Origin: an uncultured Pseudomonadota bacterium
Lineage (GTDB): Bacteria; Myxococcota_A; Polyangia; Fen-1088
NCBI GenBank assembly: GCA_963723305.1
Contig: CAVRRT010000124.1
Location: 2,857 to 66,856, forward strand
Direction of reading: 5' to 3'
DNA: 64,000 nucleotides
Shown here: positions 44,680-56,920 of the stretch, piece after piece
Layout of the letters: every line of letters begins with the position of its first letter
Numbering within the stretch: the first letter of the stretch is position 1
Translations under genes and position numbers: made by a program
Notes under the pieces: model-generated
Told to the model about the DNA's origin: nothing
The model's database searches: none
The model's input: only the letters and a program-made list of their open reading frames with translations

Positions 44680-44942
44680 CCGCCCGAGATCAGCCCGCTC
44701 GCCGAGATCAGGCCACCCGAGACCACGCCGCCCGAGATCAGCCCGCCCACTCGGGATCAGGCCGCCCGCCCGAGATCAGGCCGCCCGAGATCAGGCCGCC
44801 CGAGATCAGGCCGCCCGCCCGAGATTCAGGCCGCCCGAGATCAGGCCGCTCGAGATCAGGCCGCCCGCCCGAGATCAGGCCGCCCGAGATCAGGCCGCCC
44901 GCCCGAGATCAGGCCGCCCGAGATCAGGCCGCCCGAGATCAG
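44680..44942. repeat. Tandem array of ~16 units of a 15-bp repeat GCCGCCCGAGATCAG, with 19-bp variants GCCGCCCGCCCGAGATCAG
   Basis: Units read directly from sequence. In the 3' half the units form a 19+15+15 (49-bp) higher-order pattern. 14 units carry GATC. The 15/19 mix breaks any single reading frame. Confidence 0.9.
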
Positions 44943-44986
44943 GCCGCCCACCCGCGCAGCGAGGCCGAGGCTCGTAGTCGAGCGCG

Positions 44987-45091
44987 GAGGCGGCAGGGGT
45001 GTCTCTCCGCCGCGAGCCCGCAGGCCGCTCCGATCTTTCGCCGCCGAGGATTCCTTCTCGCGAGCGGCGGGGAGACACCCCTGCCGCCTCC
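44987..45091. repeat. Long imperfect inverted repeat (about 30-bp arms, ~40-nt loop)
   Basis: ggaggcggcaggggtgtctctccgccgcgag (44987-45016) pairs with ctcgcgagcggcggggagacacccctgccgcctcc (45057-45091). 20 bp are perfect, then one mismatch, 7 bp, and a 3-nt bulge. Confidence 0.75.
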
Positions 45092-45136
45092 GCCCCCGCC
45101 GTAGAACGAGCCGAGCGCGACCCCTCCCTAAGCCAC

Positions 45137-46573
45137 CTAAGCGGTGGTGGGGATAGCGGTGAGGGCGCCGGCGACGGTCTTGCCGCCGGACGAGGCGATC
45201 CAGTCGGGCATCTGGACGCTGTCGGGAATGCCGAGGCCCGAGCCGAGCGTCTTGGCCGCCGCGACCATCGTCTGCGCGGCCGGGATGTCGCCGCCGCTCT
45301 GCGCGGCGCCGCTCGTCGAGTTGATGTCGCTCGCCGCGTAGCCGCCGTCGTTGCTCGAGTCGGCGGTCACTCCGCCGATCACCGCCGACTTGAAGTTCTT
45401 GCCCACCATCACCGAGACGTTGTGATTGCCCCAGTGGTCTCGCCCCGTCCGCGACGTCACCTTGGAGATCCCGGCCAGGTTGCGCCCGAACACGTTCCAG
45501 AAGGCGAAGGTCACCTGATCGAGCAGCCCCAGGCTGGCCAGCACGCCGTTCGTCGTGTCGGTCATGAGCAGCTTGTTCATCGCGGTGACCCCGCTGACGT
45601 GCTGATCCGACTCCGCCTGCAGGTTGCTGTCGGAGTGGTTGTCGCCGCCCATCGAGATGTGGACCGTCACCACCGGGGTCACCTTGGCCGCGATGAGCGC
45701 GCCGGCCGCCCAGAGCTGGCCGTTGACGTCGTTGGCGGTGATGTTCCCCAGCGTCGTCGCCAGCTGGTCCGCCAGCGAGCGCAGCTGCGTCTGCGAGGTC
45801 GACAGCGCGTCGAGAAACTGCGCCTGCACGCTCCCCGCCGGGTACTCGCTCTTGATGAGCGCGTTCATGCTGTCGAGATCCGTGTCCCGCTGCGCCTGCA
45901 TCGTCACCAGCGGATCGGTCTTCGTCCCCGTCAACAACTGCTTGAGCTGCATCGGCGTGATCGACGGCAGCGTGCGCCCGGAGAAGCTCACCAGCTCCCC
46001 CGCGTTCCCGCCCGCCCCCACCGCGATCGGCGCCGACTGCACCGTGCCGAAGCAGGTCGACAGGTGCTTGGCGAACGCGGAGACCATCATCTCCCCGCCC
46101 GACGTCGCCCCCAATACCTTCATCACCTTCGGCTGATCGCCGTGCACGACCGTGCCGGTCATGTAGTGGAAGAACGACGTCCGCGCCAGCACCGCCGAGC
46201 TGAGGCACCCCGCGCTGCCGCCCGTCGTCGTCACCGACGGATCGGCCCAGGGCAGCGCCGCGCCCAGCATCTGCCCCCCGACCGACACCTTCTGAGCTGT
46301 CATCTCGTCGACCGTCGGATGAACCAGGTTGGTGTTCTCGTACGTCCCCGGACAGTTGCAGTTGACCGGGTCGCCGTTGCTCGACGTGCTCAGGATCAGA
46401 TACTGGTTGTTGTTCTTCGCGTTCAGCATGCACTGCAGATCCTGCGCTGTCGCCCGGCGCGGGTTCAGCAGAAACCAGGGGGGAAGCCCGGTCGCCAGCG
46501 CGCGCAGGCCGATGTAGCCGCTGCCGAACAGCCCGGCGAGGAGACTTTCCCGTCGTGTAACTGGCTTAATCAT
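45137..46573 (-). CDS. DUF1552/DUF1501-type protein (Tat-like N-terminus, GRDHW motif)
   Basis: 478 aa. N-terminus MIKPVTRRESLLAGLFGSG. GRDHWGNHN near the C-terminus. AAGGAG RBS. Sits directly after the DUF1588/1592-like gene, a pairing I recognise from Planctomycetes and Myxobacteria. Confidence 0.6.
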   Translation of the reverse strand: MIKPVTRRESLLAGLFGSGYIGLRALATGLPPWFLLNPRRATAQDLQCMLNAKNNNQYLILSTSSNGDPVNCNCPGTYENTNLVHPTVDEMTAQKVSVGGQMLGAALPWADPSVTTTGGSAGCLSSAVLARTSFFHYMTGTVVHGDQPKVMKVLGATSGGEMMVSAFAKHLSTCFGTVQSAPIAVGAGGNAGELVSFSGRTLPSITPMQLKQLLTGTKTDPLVTMQAQRDTDLDSMNALIKSEYPAGSVQAQFLDALSTSQTQLRSLADQLATTLGNITANDVNGQLWAAGALIAAKVTPVVTVHISMGGDNHSDSNLQAESDQHVSGVTAMNKLLMTDTTNGVLASLGLLDQVTFAFWNVFGRNLAGISKVTSRTGRDHWGNHNVSVMVGKNFKSAVIGGVTADSSNDGGYAASDINSTSGAAQSGGDIPAAQTMVAAAKTLGSGLGIPDSVQMPDWIASSGGKTVAGALTAIPTTA

Positions 46574-46588
46574 GGGGCAGCTCTCCTT

Positions 46589-48994
46589 TTACAGACCGAT
46601 TCCGAGTGAGGTGGGGGACTCGCAGGCCAAAACAAAGGTCGAACGCACCGAGTTCGTCTGGGCCGAGGTGCTGCCGGTGGTGGTACCGCCGGTGAAGCCC
46701 CGCCGGTCGTGGTGGTCTTCACCTTGGCGGCGGCGGCGCAGTGGTTCTCGAGGATGGTGAGGGCCGGGTCGTGGAGCGGATCGCTGGGATTGATCCCCAT
46801 GACCTGCTCGACGAACTTCGTCAGAGGAGCCCGTCGGTGTTGGCGCAGGTGGTGCTGCTGCTGGTGTACGGCCCGCCGGTCACGTCGACGACCAGCTTGG
46901 CGACGTTCTCGCAAAGCTCCTCGGTCGCCGCGCGGTAGAAGAGGTCCGGGATAGGCCGGCGTGACCGGGGTCTGCGATCCGCGGCTGAACGCGTCGGCCG
47001 CCACGCTGCCGGCGATGGTCAGCGTGGTGCGTCTGCGCCGAAGTCGGCACCGCCGCCTGCAACGCGCACACGTCGGAGATCCCCATCCGATTGGAGAGCG
47101 CCGCGCAGAGATGAGCCTGCCGCGAGATGCTGATGGGAACCGTCTCGTTTCCGCTGGAGTCGGCCGGGTAAGTCGTGGTGGCCGCCGCGCCCGTCACGAG
47201 CGCCGAAGAGAAGAGCTCCTTCACCAGCGCCGGGAAGTTGTAGTTGCTGCTCACGAAGTCGGCCACGATGCCGCGGAAGACCGGATCGCTCTGCGAGCAG
47301 GCGTTCGAGTTGGCCCAGAAGCAGAGCTGCTGGGCGACCGAGACCGCGAACAGCGGCAGCGGTCCGCCGGCGTCGGTGGTGTCTTGATCGGTCGCCTGCA
47401 GGAGGAGCGGCCCGAGGTCGGTCATGCTCGGTCCCGGTCGAGGGGCTCGCCCAGTTGACGTCGGCAAAAGCGAACGCCGCCGCCAGCGGCGCCGCCGGCC
47501 GCGGGTTCGGCTGCGAGCCGCTGAACGGGTTCGCCACGAAGTCGTTGCGATCGTTGAAGTCATACTGATTGCCGAAGAACATGCGCATCGGGTCGAGGCT
47601 CTTGTGGCAGCCGTAGCACTCGCCCGATGGTCGTCGTGTGCGCGGAGGCGAGACCGACCTCGCTGAGCGGGGTGAGGTTGTTGTCGCTGGTGAACGACTG
47701 CCCGAGCGACGCCAGCAGCGTCTGGTTCATCGTCACGCGGTGCTGGTTGCTGTCGTTCGTGTTCCAGAGGGCGAGAAAAGCCGGCGTCGTGTAGAAGCCG
47801 ACCCGCGGCATCGCCAGCTTGACCGTGCTCGCCGTCCGCAGCGTGGGGAGGTCGTAGGGCTGGACGTACGCGTCGCCGCTCTGCTTCGGGGCGATGGTCA
47901 CCCACCGCCAGTCGGAGACGTCGTTGTCGGTCATGTAGGGCTTCGAGGGGTGCTCCCAGCAGTCGGGGCTGGCGGCGAACGGATAGCGCGGCGTGTAGCC
48001 GATGAGACGCTGGAAGAGCTGCGCGTAGCCGCCGGTGGGCGTCGCGAAGCCGGTGCTGGTCCCGCCGAACTGGACCACCGTCTTGGTCGTCCCGCTGGCC
48101 GCGTCGCCGACCCCTTGGCAGGTGGTGAATCCACCGGTGCCGCCGAAGAGGAACGAGCTCCCCATCGTCGCCGGCTTCTCGTCGTCGAAGGTCATGTAGT
48201 TGGCGCTGCTCGGGTTGAGGGCGTCGTCGAGCGCGATGGTGTCGACGTAGTCGAGCTTCCATCGACAGCTTGGCGGTGGTGTTGGCGCCGCCGCTGAAGT
48301 TGTAGGGCTCGTCGTCCGGCATCTCGATCTGCGTGTAGAGGCTCATGAGCCCGGTGGTCATCATGAACCGCTGCGTGGTGAGGACGTCGGAGAAGGGTTC
48401 GGTCCCCTCCTTCACCATCTGCCAAGCGGTCAGCGCGAAGCTGTCCTGAAGGTTCTGAACCAGCTTGAAGTAGACGTCGTCGCCCACGGCGCTGGTCCCG
48501 AACGGACCGAAGTCGAACCCGCCGTTCTCCAGCAGCTGCGGCTTGAAGTCCTGCGTGGGGGTAAATCCGACCTGCTGGAACAGGTTGCGGAAGAACGGGA
48601 TCATCTTCCCCTGGAACTGCGGCTGGAAGGTGGCGCTCGACTCCCAGGTGATGATGAGCTGCTGCAAGCCCGCCGGGCCCATCGACTGAACCGTGGCGAC
48701 CTCGTCGTCGGTGCAGGGCATTCCGACCAACAGGTCCTTGATCTTGCGACAGGTGGGCGCCGCCAGCGCGGGCGTGAAGGTCGTCGGCATGACGGTCACG
48801 CCGCCCGCGTCGACATTGCTCCCGCCGCCGCCGGTCGGGGTGCCGCCGCCAGACCCAGTGGAACCGCCAGAGCCGCTCGAGGAGCCACCAGAGCCGCTCG
48901 GCGAGCCGGCCCCGATATTTCCCTTGCAGCCGTAACCCAGGGAGGCAACGAGCAAAAGTGCCAGGCTCATTCGCCGGAATTCGTTCGTCAACAT
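46589..48994 (-). pseudogene. DUF1585/1588/1592-type lipoprotein gene carrying at least 7 single-nt indels
   Basis: Protein-like sequence jumps between frames. ORF 46880..48994 covers the N-part (lipobox LGYGC) and a later block (MTDLGPLLLQATDQ...). ORF 47560..48195 covers KLDYVDTIALDD...SEVGLASAHTTT. ORF 47019..47588 covers GECYGCHKSLDPMRMFFGNQYDF. ORF 46570..47004 covers TLTIAGSVAADAF and TKFVEQVMGINPSDPLHDP. An unlisted frame covers PDLFYRAATEELCENVAKLVVDV. The final block NSVRSTFVLACESPTSLGIGL ends at the TAA stop 46589-46591. Confidence 0.65.
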
Positions 48995-49248
48995 GTTCCC
49001 TCCTGGGGACTCGAGCGGCGACGCTCAGGAATACGGGAGAACGGTGGGGGGCTGAAGTGAGTCGAAGGACTGCACACCCCTACCTGGTGAGCAGTAGCGA
49101 TCAACTCCCGGAAAGGGTCATCTAATGGGAGCTCGGGCCAAATTTCTTCGAAAAACCTGCGACTACATGTACTGAGGCATCGGACAAGGTGGGAGTTGAC
49201 GCCTCTGACCTGGGCCTCACGGGGTAATCCAAGGCTGGTCCGAGAAGT

Positions 49249-49932
49249 GTGCGTTCGAAACGCGCTTTTCATCGAGATATCTCTAAACTCGCGCCCATGA
49301 TGACGATGACGATTCTGTGCGCGGCGACGTTGATCGCGGCGGATGCGGCGCCGGCCGGCCGACTCTCGCCCGACGTGTCGAAGGAAATGATGGCGGCAAT
49401 CGTCGCGACAAATAAGGCCCTCGGCCTCGAGAGTTGGCCGATGCATGACGTCAAACCCTGCATCGATCGCGGCGGTCAGGGGATCACCGCCAAAGAGGTG
49501 ACTCCGGACGAATCGCGCAAGTGCGCCGCGTCCGCAATCGAAAAGGGATTCCCGGAGCTCGGCAAGTCGTACGTGCTGGCCATCCCGATGGCGGAGATCG
49601 GCCCGGTCACCGTCCTGGCGATCGGGATCGGCGCCAACGAAGGCTGGGGGGCTTACTCCTGCGATCCCGACCGCAAGTGCCTGCCGGTGAAGATCGGAGG
49701 TGCCAACAAGTGGGGCAAGCGGATCGCCGATCGATTGGCCCGCGCTTGCGGTGAGACGACGACGCTCTGGTTCCCCATCGACAAGCGCGCCTGTGCGGGG
49801 ACTGCGCCCGCGGCGGCCACCGCGCCCCCGCCCGCGGCGGCCACCGCGCCCGCGCTGACCGCGCCCGCGCCCGCGCTGACCGCGCCCGCGCCCGCGCCCG
49901 CGCCGACCGCGCCGCCGCCCGCCAAGCACTGA
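49249..49932 (+). CDS. Hypothetical secreted Cys-containing protein with Ala/Pro-repeat tail
   Basis: 227-aa track ORF. Likely signal from the internal MMTMTILCAATLIAADA (49297). Body is protein-like. C-terminus is APAAATAPPPAAATAPALTAPAPALTAPAPAPAPTAPPPAKH. Confidence 0.45.
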   Translation: MRSKRAFHRDISKLAPMMTMTILCAATLIAADAAPAGRLSPDVSKEMMAAIVATNKALGLESWPMHDVKPCIDRGGQGITAKEVTPDESRKCAASAIEKGFPELGKSYVLAIPMAEIGPVTVLAIGIGANEGWGAYSCDPDRKCLPVKIGGANKWGKRIADRLARACGETTTLWFPIDKRACAGTAPAAATAPPPAAATAPALTAPAPALTAPAPAPAPTAPPPAKH

Positions 49933-49950
49933 CCGCCCTGCAAGAGCACG

Positions 49951-50025
49951 TCTGTTCTGGCGCGTCTGTCTGGCGCGTCTGTCTGGCGCGTCTGTCTGGC
50001 GCGTCTGTCTGGCGCGTCTGTCTGG
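49951..50025. repeat. 13-bp tandem repeat TCTGTCTGGCGCG, about 6 copies
   Basis: tctgttctggcgcg followed by four exact tctgtctggcgcg units and a partial tctgtctgg. It starts 19 nt after the stop of the 49249..49932 gene. Confidence 0.9.
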
Positions 50026-50128
50026 ATCGAAGGGCGGCTTTGCCGCCCGGAGACTTGCGTGCCGAGCAGGATCCGGGCAGGGCTCTCGTCGCCAGGGGTT
50101 GACCCGAGAGGGCCTGCCCCCTCCCGCG

Positions 50129-53100
50129 TCACCCGACGAAGAGCCGCGCGTTGCGGAAGAGGCGCATCCAGGGACCGTCCTCGCGCCAGCCGGCGGGGTG
50201 CCAAGAATGTTGGACGGCGCGAAAGACCCGCTCGGGATGCGGCATGAACAACGTGACGCGGCCGTCGATGGTGGTGACGCCGGTGATGCCGTGGAACGAC
50301 CCGTTGGGATTCTCCGGGTAGCGCTCGGTGGCGCGGCCCCGGTGATCGACGAAGCGCGCCGCCACCAGACCGGCGGCCTCGATCTCTGGACCGCCGGCGT
50401 CCGTCGGAAACTCCGCTTGCCCCTCGCCGTGCGCGACGACGATCGGGAGCCGCGAGCCCACCATCCCGCGAAGCAGGACCGACGGCGTCTCGGCGATCTC
50501 GACCATCGACAGGCGCGCTTCGAACTGATCGCTGCGGTTGCGGACGAAGCGGGGCCAGGCCCCGGCGCCGGGGATGATCTCCTTGAGGGCGGAGAGCATC
50601 TGGCAACCGTTGCAGACGCCCAGCGCAAAGCTGTCGGGGCGGGCGAAGAAGCCGGCCAGGAGATCCCGGGCGCGCGGTTGAAAGAGGATCGACTTTGCCC
50701 ACCCGAGGCCCGCGCCCAGCACGTCGCCGTAGGAGAACCCGCCGCAGGCGGCCAGCCCCTTGAAGTCGGTGAGATCGACGGCGCCCGACAGCAGATCGGT
50801 CATGTGGACGTCGACGGCGTCGAACCCGGCGCGGTCGAAGGCGGCCGCCATCTCGATCTGGCCGTTGACCCCCTGCTCGCGCAGGATCGCCACGCGCGGG
50901 CGAGCGCCGCCACGGGCGCGCAGCGGCGCCGTGAGGTCGTCGTTCAGATCGAAGGTCAGGTGCGCGGACAGGCCGGGATCGTCGGCGCGGACCCGGCCGG
51001 CCTGCTCCTCGTCGGCCGAGGTCGGATCGTCGCGCAGCGCCTGGATGGCGTGCGTCGTCTCTGACCAGAGGCCGCGCAGGAAGGTGCGGCGCTCCTCGAA
51101 GATCGGCTTGCCCGCCAGACGGAAGATCAGGCGATCGTCGGCGCGCGGGGCGCCCAGCCGGCGGACGGCCGGCGCCGAGATGCCATGTCGACCGAGCGTC
51201 GCCACCACGCGCGGAAGATCGGCGCCGCGCACGGCGATCACCGCGCCAAGCTCTTCGGCGAACAGGGTGGCGATCGGATCGGGCCCCAGGAAGGTCAGAT
51301 CGACGTCGAGCCCCACGCCGCTGGCGAACGCGATCTCGAGCAGCGTCACCAAGAGGCCGCCGTCGCTGCGATCGTGATAGGCGGCGACGAGGCCGGCGCT
51401 GTTGAGCTCCTGCACCGCCCCGAAGAACCGCGCCAGAAGCGCGGGATCGTCGAGATCGGGCGGCGTCGCGCCGAGCGCGCCGTAGACCTGCCCGAGGGCC
51501 GAGCCGCCGAGGCGATTTTTCCCCTGGCCGAGATCGATGAGGAGCAGCTCCGTCGGTCCGGTCTCCGGCGCGATGGCCGGCGTGAGCACGCGCCGCACGT
51601 CGGTGACCGGCGCGAAGGCGGTGACCACCAGCGAGAGCGGCGCGGTGACGCTGAGCGCGCTGTCGCCCGCCTGCCAGCTGGTGCGCATCGACAGCGAGTC
51701 CTTGCCGACCGGGATGGCGATGCCCAGCGCCGGGCAGAGCTCGCTCCCCACGGCGCGGACCGCGTCGTAGAGGCGGGCGTCCTCGCCGGGATGGCCGGCG
51801 GCGGCCATCCAGTTGGCCGACAGCTTGACGTCGCCGAGGCGCGCGATCGGCGTGGCGGCGATGTTGGTGATCGCCTCGGCGACCGCCAGACGGGCGGATG
51901 CGGCGGCGTCCAGCAACGCCACCGGCGCCCGCTCACCCATCGCCATCGCCTCGCCGGTCGTCACGTCGAAGCCGGTCGTCGTCACCGCGGCGTCGGCGAC
52001 CGGCACCTGCCAGCGCCCGACCATCTGATCGCGGGCCGTCAAGCCACCGACGGTGCGATCGCCGATGGTGATGAGGAACGTCTTGTCGGCGACGGTCGGC
52101 AGCCGCAGCACGCGGCGTACCGCCTCCCCCAGATCGATCCCGGCGGTTGCGAACGGCGCGGGCTTGGGCGCGAGACGCGTCGCCTGGCGCGTCGACCGGG
52201 GCGGCTTGCCGAGCAACACCCCGAGCGGCATGTCGACGGGGTCAGCATCGGGACGTCCGGCGGCGAGCGCATCCTCGACGACCAGCCGGCCGTCGTCGGT
52301 GGCGCGGCCGATGACCGCGTGCGGGCAGCGCTCCCGCGCGCAGAGCGCGGCGAACGCCGGCAGCCGGTCGGCGGAGATCGCCAGCACGTAGCGCTCCTGC
52401 GCCTCGTTGCACCAGATCTCCAGCGGCGAGAGCCCGGGCTCGGCGCTGGGGATGTCGCGCAGCGCGAACCGCGCGCCGCGGCCGCTGTCATGCACGAGCT
52501 CAGGGAGCGCGTTGGAGAGCCCGCCCGCGCCCACGTCGTGAATCGACAGGATCGGGTTGGCGGCACCCTGCGCCGCGCAGCGATCGATCACCTCCTGACA
52601 GCGCCGCTGCATCTCGGCGTTGTCCCGCTGCACCGACGCGAAGTCGAGATCCTCGCTCGACGCGCCCGAGGCCAGCGACGACGCCGCGCCGCCGCCCAGG
52701 CCGATCAGCATGGCCGGCCCCCCCAGCACGACGATCGGTGTCCCCGCCGGGATCTCGGCCTTCTTGACCTGCTCGGCGCGCACGTTGCCGAAGCCGCCCG
52801 CCACCATGATCGGCTTGTGGTAGCCGCGCACCTCGCGGCCTGAAGGGCCCTCGATCTCCAGCTCGAAGGTGCGAAAGTATCCGGCCAGGCCGGGGCGGCC
52901 GAACTCGTTGTTGAAGGCGGCGCCCCCGATCGGCCCCTCGAGCATGATGTCGAGCGCGCTGGCGATCCGCTCGGGCTTGGCGGCCGGCCGCTCCCAGGGG
53001 CGGGGCGCGCTCGGCAGGCGAAGGTTGGAGACGGAGAAACCACTCAGCCCCGCCTTCGGGCGCGCCCCGCGGCCGGTCGCCCCCTCGTCGCGGATCTCGC

Positions 53101-54043
53101 CGCCCGAGCCGGTCGCCGCCCCCGCGAACGGCGAGATGGCGGTGGGGTGATTGTGCGTCTCGACCTTCATCAAGATGTGCACCGGCTCGACGTGCGTGCG
53201 GTAGATGCCGCTCGCGGGATCGGGCGCCAACCGCCCAGCCTCCACCCCGGCGATCACCGCGGCGTTGTCGTGGTAGGCCGAAAGCACGCCGCCCGGGCTG
53301 GCCTCGGTGCTGCGCCGGATCATCTGGAAAAGCGTCTGCGGCTGGCGCTGGCCGTCGATCACGAAGTCGGCGTTGAAGATCTTGTGGCGGCAGTGCTCGC
53401 TGTTGGCCTGCGCGAACATCATCAGCTCGACGTCGGTCGGATCGCGGCCGAGCGTGGCGTAGGCGTCGACGAGGTAGTCGATCTCGTCGGGCGAGAGCGC
53501 CAGTCCCAGCGCATGGTTCGCCTTCGCCAGCGCGGCGCGCCCGTCACGGCCGAGCGCCACGCGCCCGAGGGGGCGCGGCGCCGGACGCTCGAACAGGCGC
53601 GGTGCCTCGCTGGGACGATCGAGCACCGACTCGGTCATCCGATCGGCCAGCGCCCGCACGAATCCGGCCTCGTCGACGATCTCGCCGACGACGACGTAGC
53701 TGACGGCGCGCTCGATCCGCCGCACCTTGCTGAGACCGCAGACGTGAGCGATGTCGGTCGCCTTCGACGACCAGGGGGAGATCGTTCCCAGGCGCGGAAC
53801 GACCATCAGCCGCCGGCCCGAGGCCACGGTGGCGCGCCCGGCACCGTCCGGCGGGCGCGGCCCGTAGGTCAAAAGCTCGTGCAGGATGCGCGACTCCTCC
53901 TCGGTCAGCGTCCCGTCGACGTCAGCGAAGTGCAGGTAGGTGCCGTTGAGAGCGCGCGCGCCAGGGTTGGTGCGGCGAATGGCCGAGAGCCGCTTCTGCA
54001 AGCGCCCTGCGCCGAGCGCGCTCCCGCCGACGACGTCAATCAT
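50129..54043 (-). CDS. purL: Phosphoribosylformylglycinamidine synthase (single-chain large PurL)
   Basis: 1304 aa, colinear with large Pur[35 protein letters not shown]-terminal glutaminase GVCNGCQM...HGEG. Confidence 0.9.
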   Translation of the reverse strand: MIDVVGGSALGAGRLQKRLSAIRRTNPGARALNGTYLHFADVDGTLTEEESRILHELLTYGPRPPDGAGRATVASGRRLMVVPRLGTISPWSSKATDIAHVCGLSKVRRIERAVSYVVVGEIVDEAGFVRALADRMTESVLDRPSEAPRLFERPAPRPLGRVALGRDGRAALAKANHALGLALSPDEIDYLVDAYATLGRDPTDVELMMFAQANSEHCRHKIFNADFVIDGQRQPQTLFQMIRRSTEASPGGVLSAYHDNAAVIAGVEAGRLAPDPASGIYRTHVEPVHILMKVETHNHPTAISPFAGAATGSGGEIRDEGATGRGARPKAGLSGFSVSNLRLPSAPRPWERPAAKPERIASALDIMLEGPIGGAAFNNEFGRPGLAGYFRTFELEIEGPSGREVRGYHKPIMVAGGFGNVRAEQVKKAEIPAGTPIVVLGGPAMLIGLGGGAASSLASGASSEDLDFASVQRDNAEMQRRCQEVIDRCAAQGAANPILSIHDVGAGGLSNALPELVHDSGRGARFALRDIPSAEPGLSPLEIWCNEAQERYVLAISADRLPAFAALCARERCPHAVIGRATDDGRLVVEDALAAGRPDADPVDMPLGVLLGKPPRSTRQATRLAPKPAPFATAGIDLGEAVRRVLRLPTVADKTFLITIGDRTVGGLTARDQMVGRWQVPVADAAVTTTGFDVTTGEAMAMGERAPVALLDAAASARLAVAEAITNIAATPIARLGDVKLSANWMAAAGHPGEDARLYDAVRAVGSELCPALGIAIPVGKDSLSMRTSWQAGDSALSVTAPLSLVVTAFAPVTDVRRVLTPAIAPETGPTELLLIDLGQGKNRLGGSALGQVYGALGATPPDLDDPALLARFFGAVQELNSAGLVAAYHDRSDGGLLVTLLEIAFASGVGLDVDLTFLGPDPIATLFAEELGAVIAVRGADLPRVVATLGRHGISAPAVRRLGAPRADDRLIFRLAGKPIFEERRTFLRGLWSETTHAIQALRDDPTSADEEQAGRVRADDPGLSAHLTFDLNDDLTAPLRARGGARPRVAILREQGVNGQIEMAAAFDRAGFDAVDVHMTDLLSGAVDLTDFKGLAACGGFSYGDVLGAGLGWAKSILFQPRARDLLAGFFARPDSFALGVCNGCQMLSALKEIIPGAGAWPRFVRNRSDQFEARLSMVEIAETPSVLLRGMVGSRLPIVVAHGEGQAEFPTDAGGPEIEAAGLVAARFVDHRGRATERYPENPNGSFHGITGVTTIDGRVTLFMPHPERVFRAVQHSWHPAGWREDGPWMRLFRNARLFVG

Positions 54044-54108
54044 GTGTCGCGAAGCTTGCCGTCTTCAGGCGCGCGAAGGGAGCCAGGCACGCGTCGATTG
54101 TATCGGGA

Positions 54109-56841
<2,733 letters not shown>

Positions 56842-56920
56842 GATTGCCCCCATTCTTAGTTGCCGAGGGCGCGATGTCGAGAGGCTAACAGCGCCGGGGG
56901 ACGCGAGACCGGCGAGGGGG

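Noticed and set aside
44680-44942. Possible CRISPR array
   Set aside because: The units are contiguous, with no unique spacers. The period is 15-19 bp and no cas genes are present.
44608-45156. Three overlapping plus-strand ORFs (182, 113 and 144 aa) and minus-strand ORFs across the tandem-repeat region
   Set aside because: They exist only because the 15/19-bp repeat contains no stop codons. The translations are pure repeat (PRSGR, ARDQA, PEIRP) that switch register at each 19-bp unit.
50032-50117. Hairpins downstream of purL as intrinsic terminators
   Set aside because: Stems are present (50032-50048 and 50077-50117), but no U-tract follows on either strand. They are therefore not called as terminator features.
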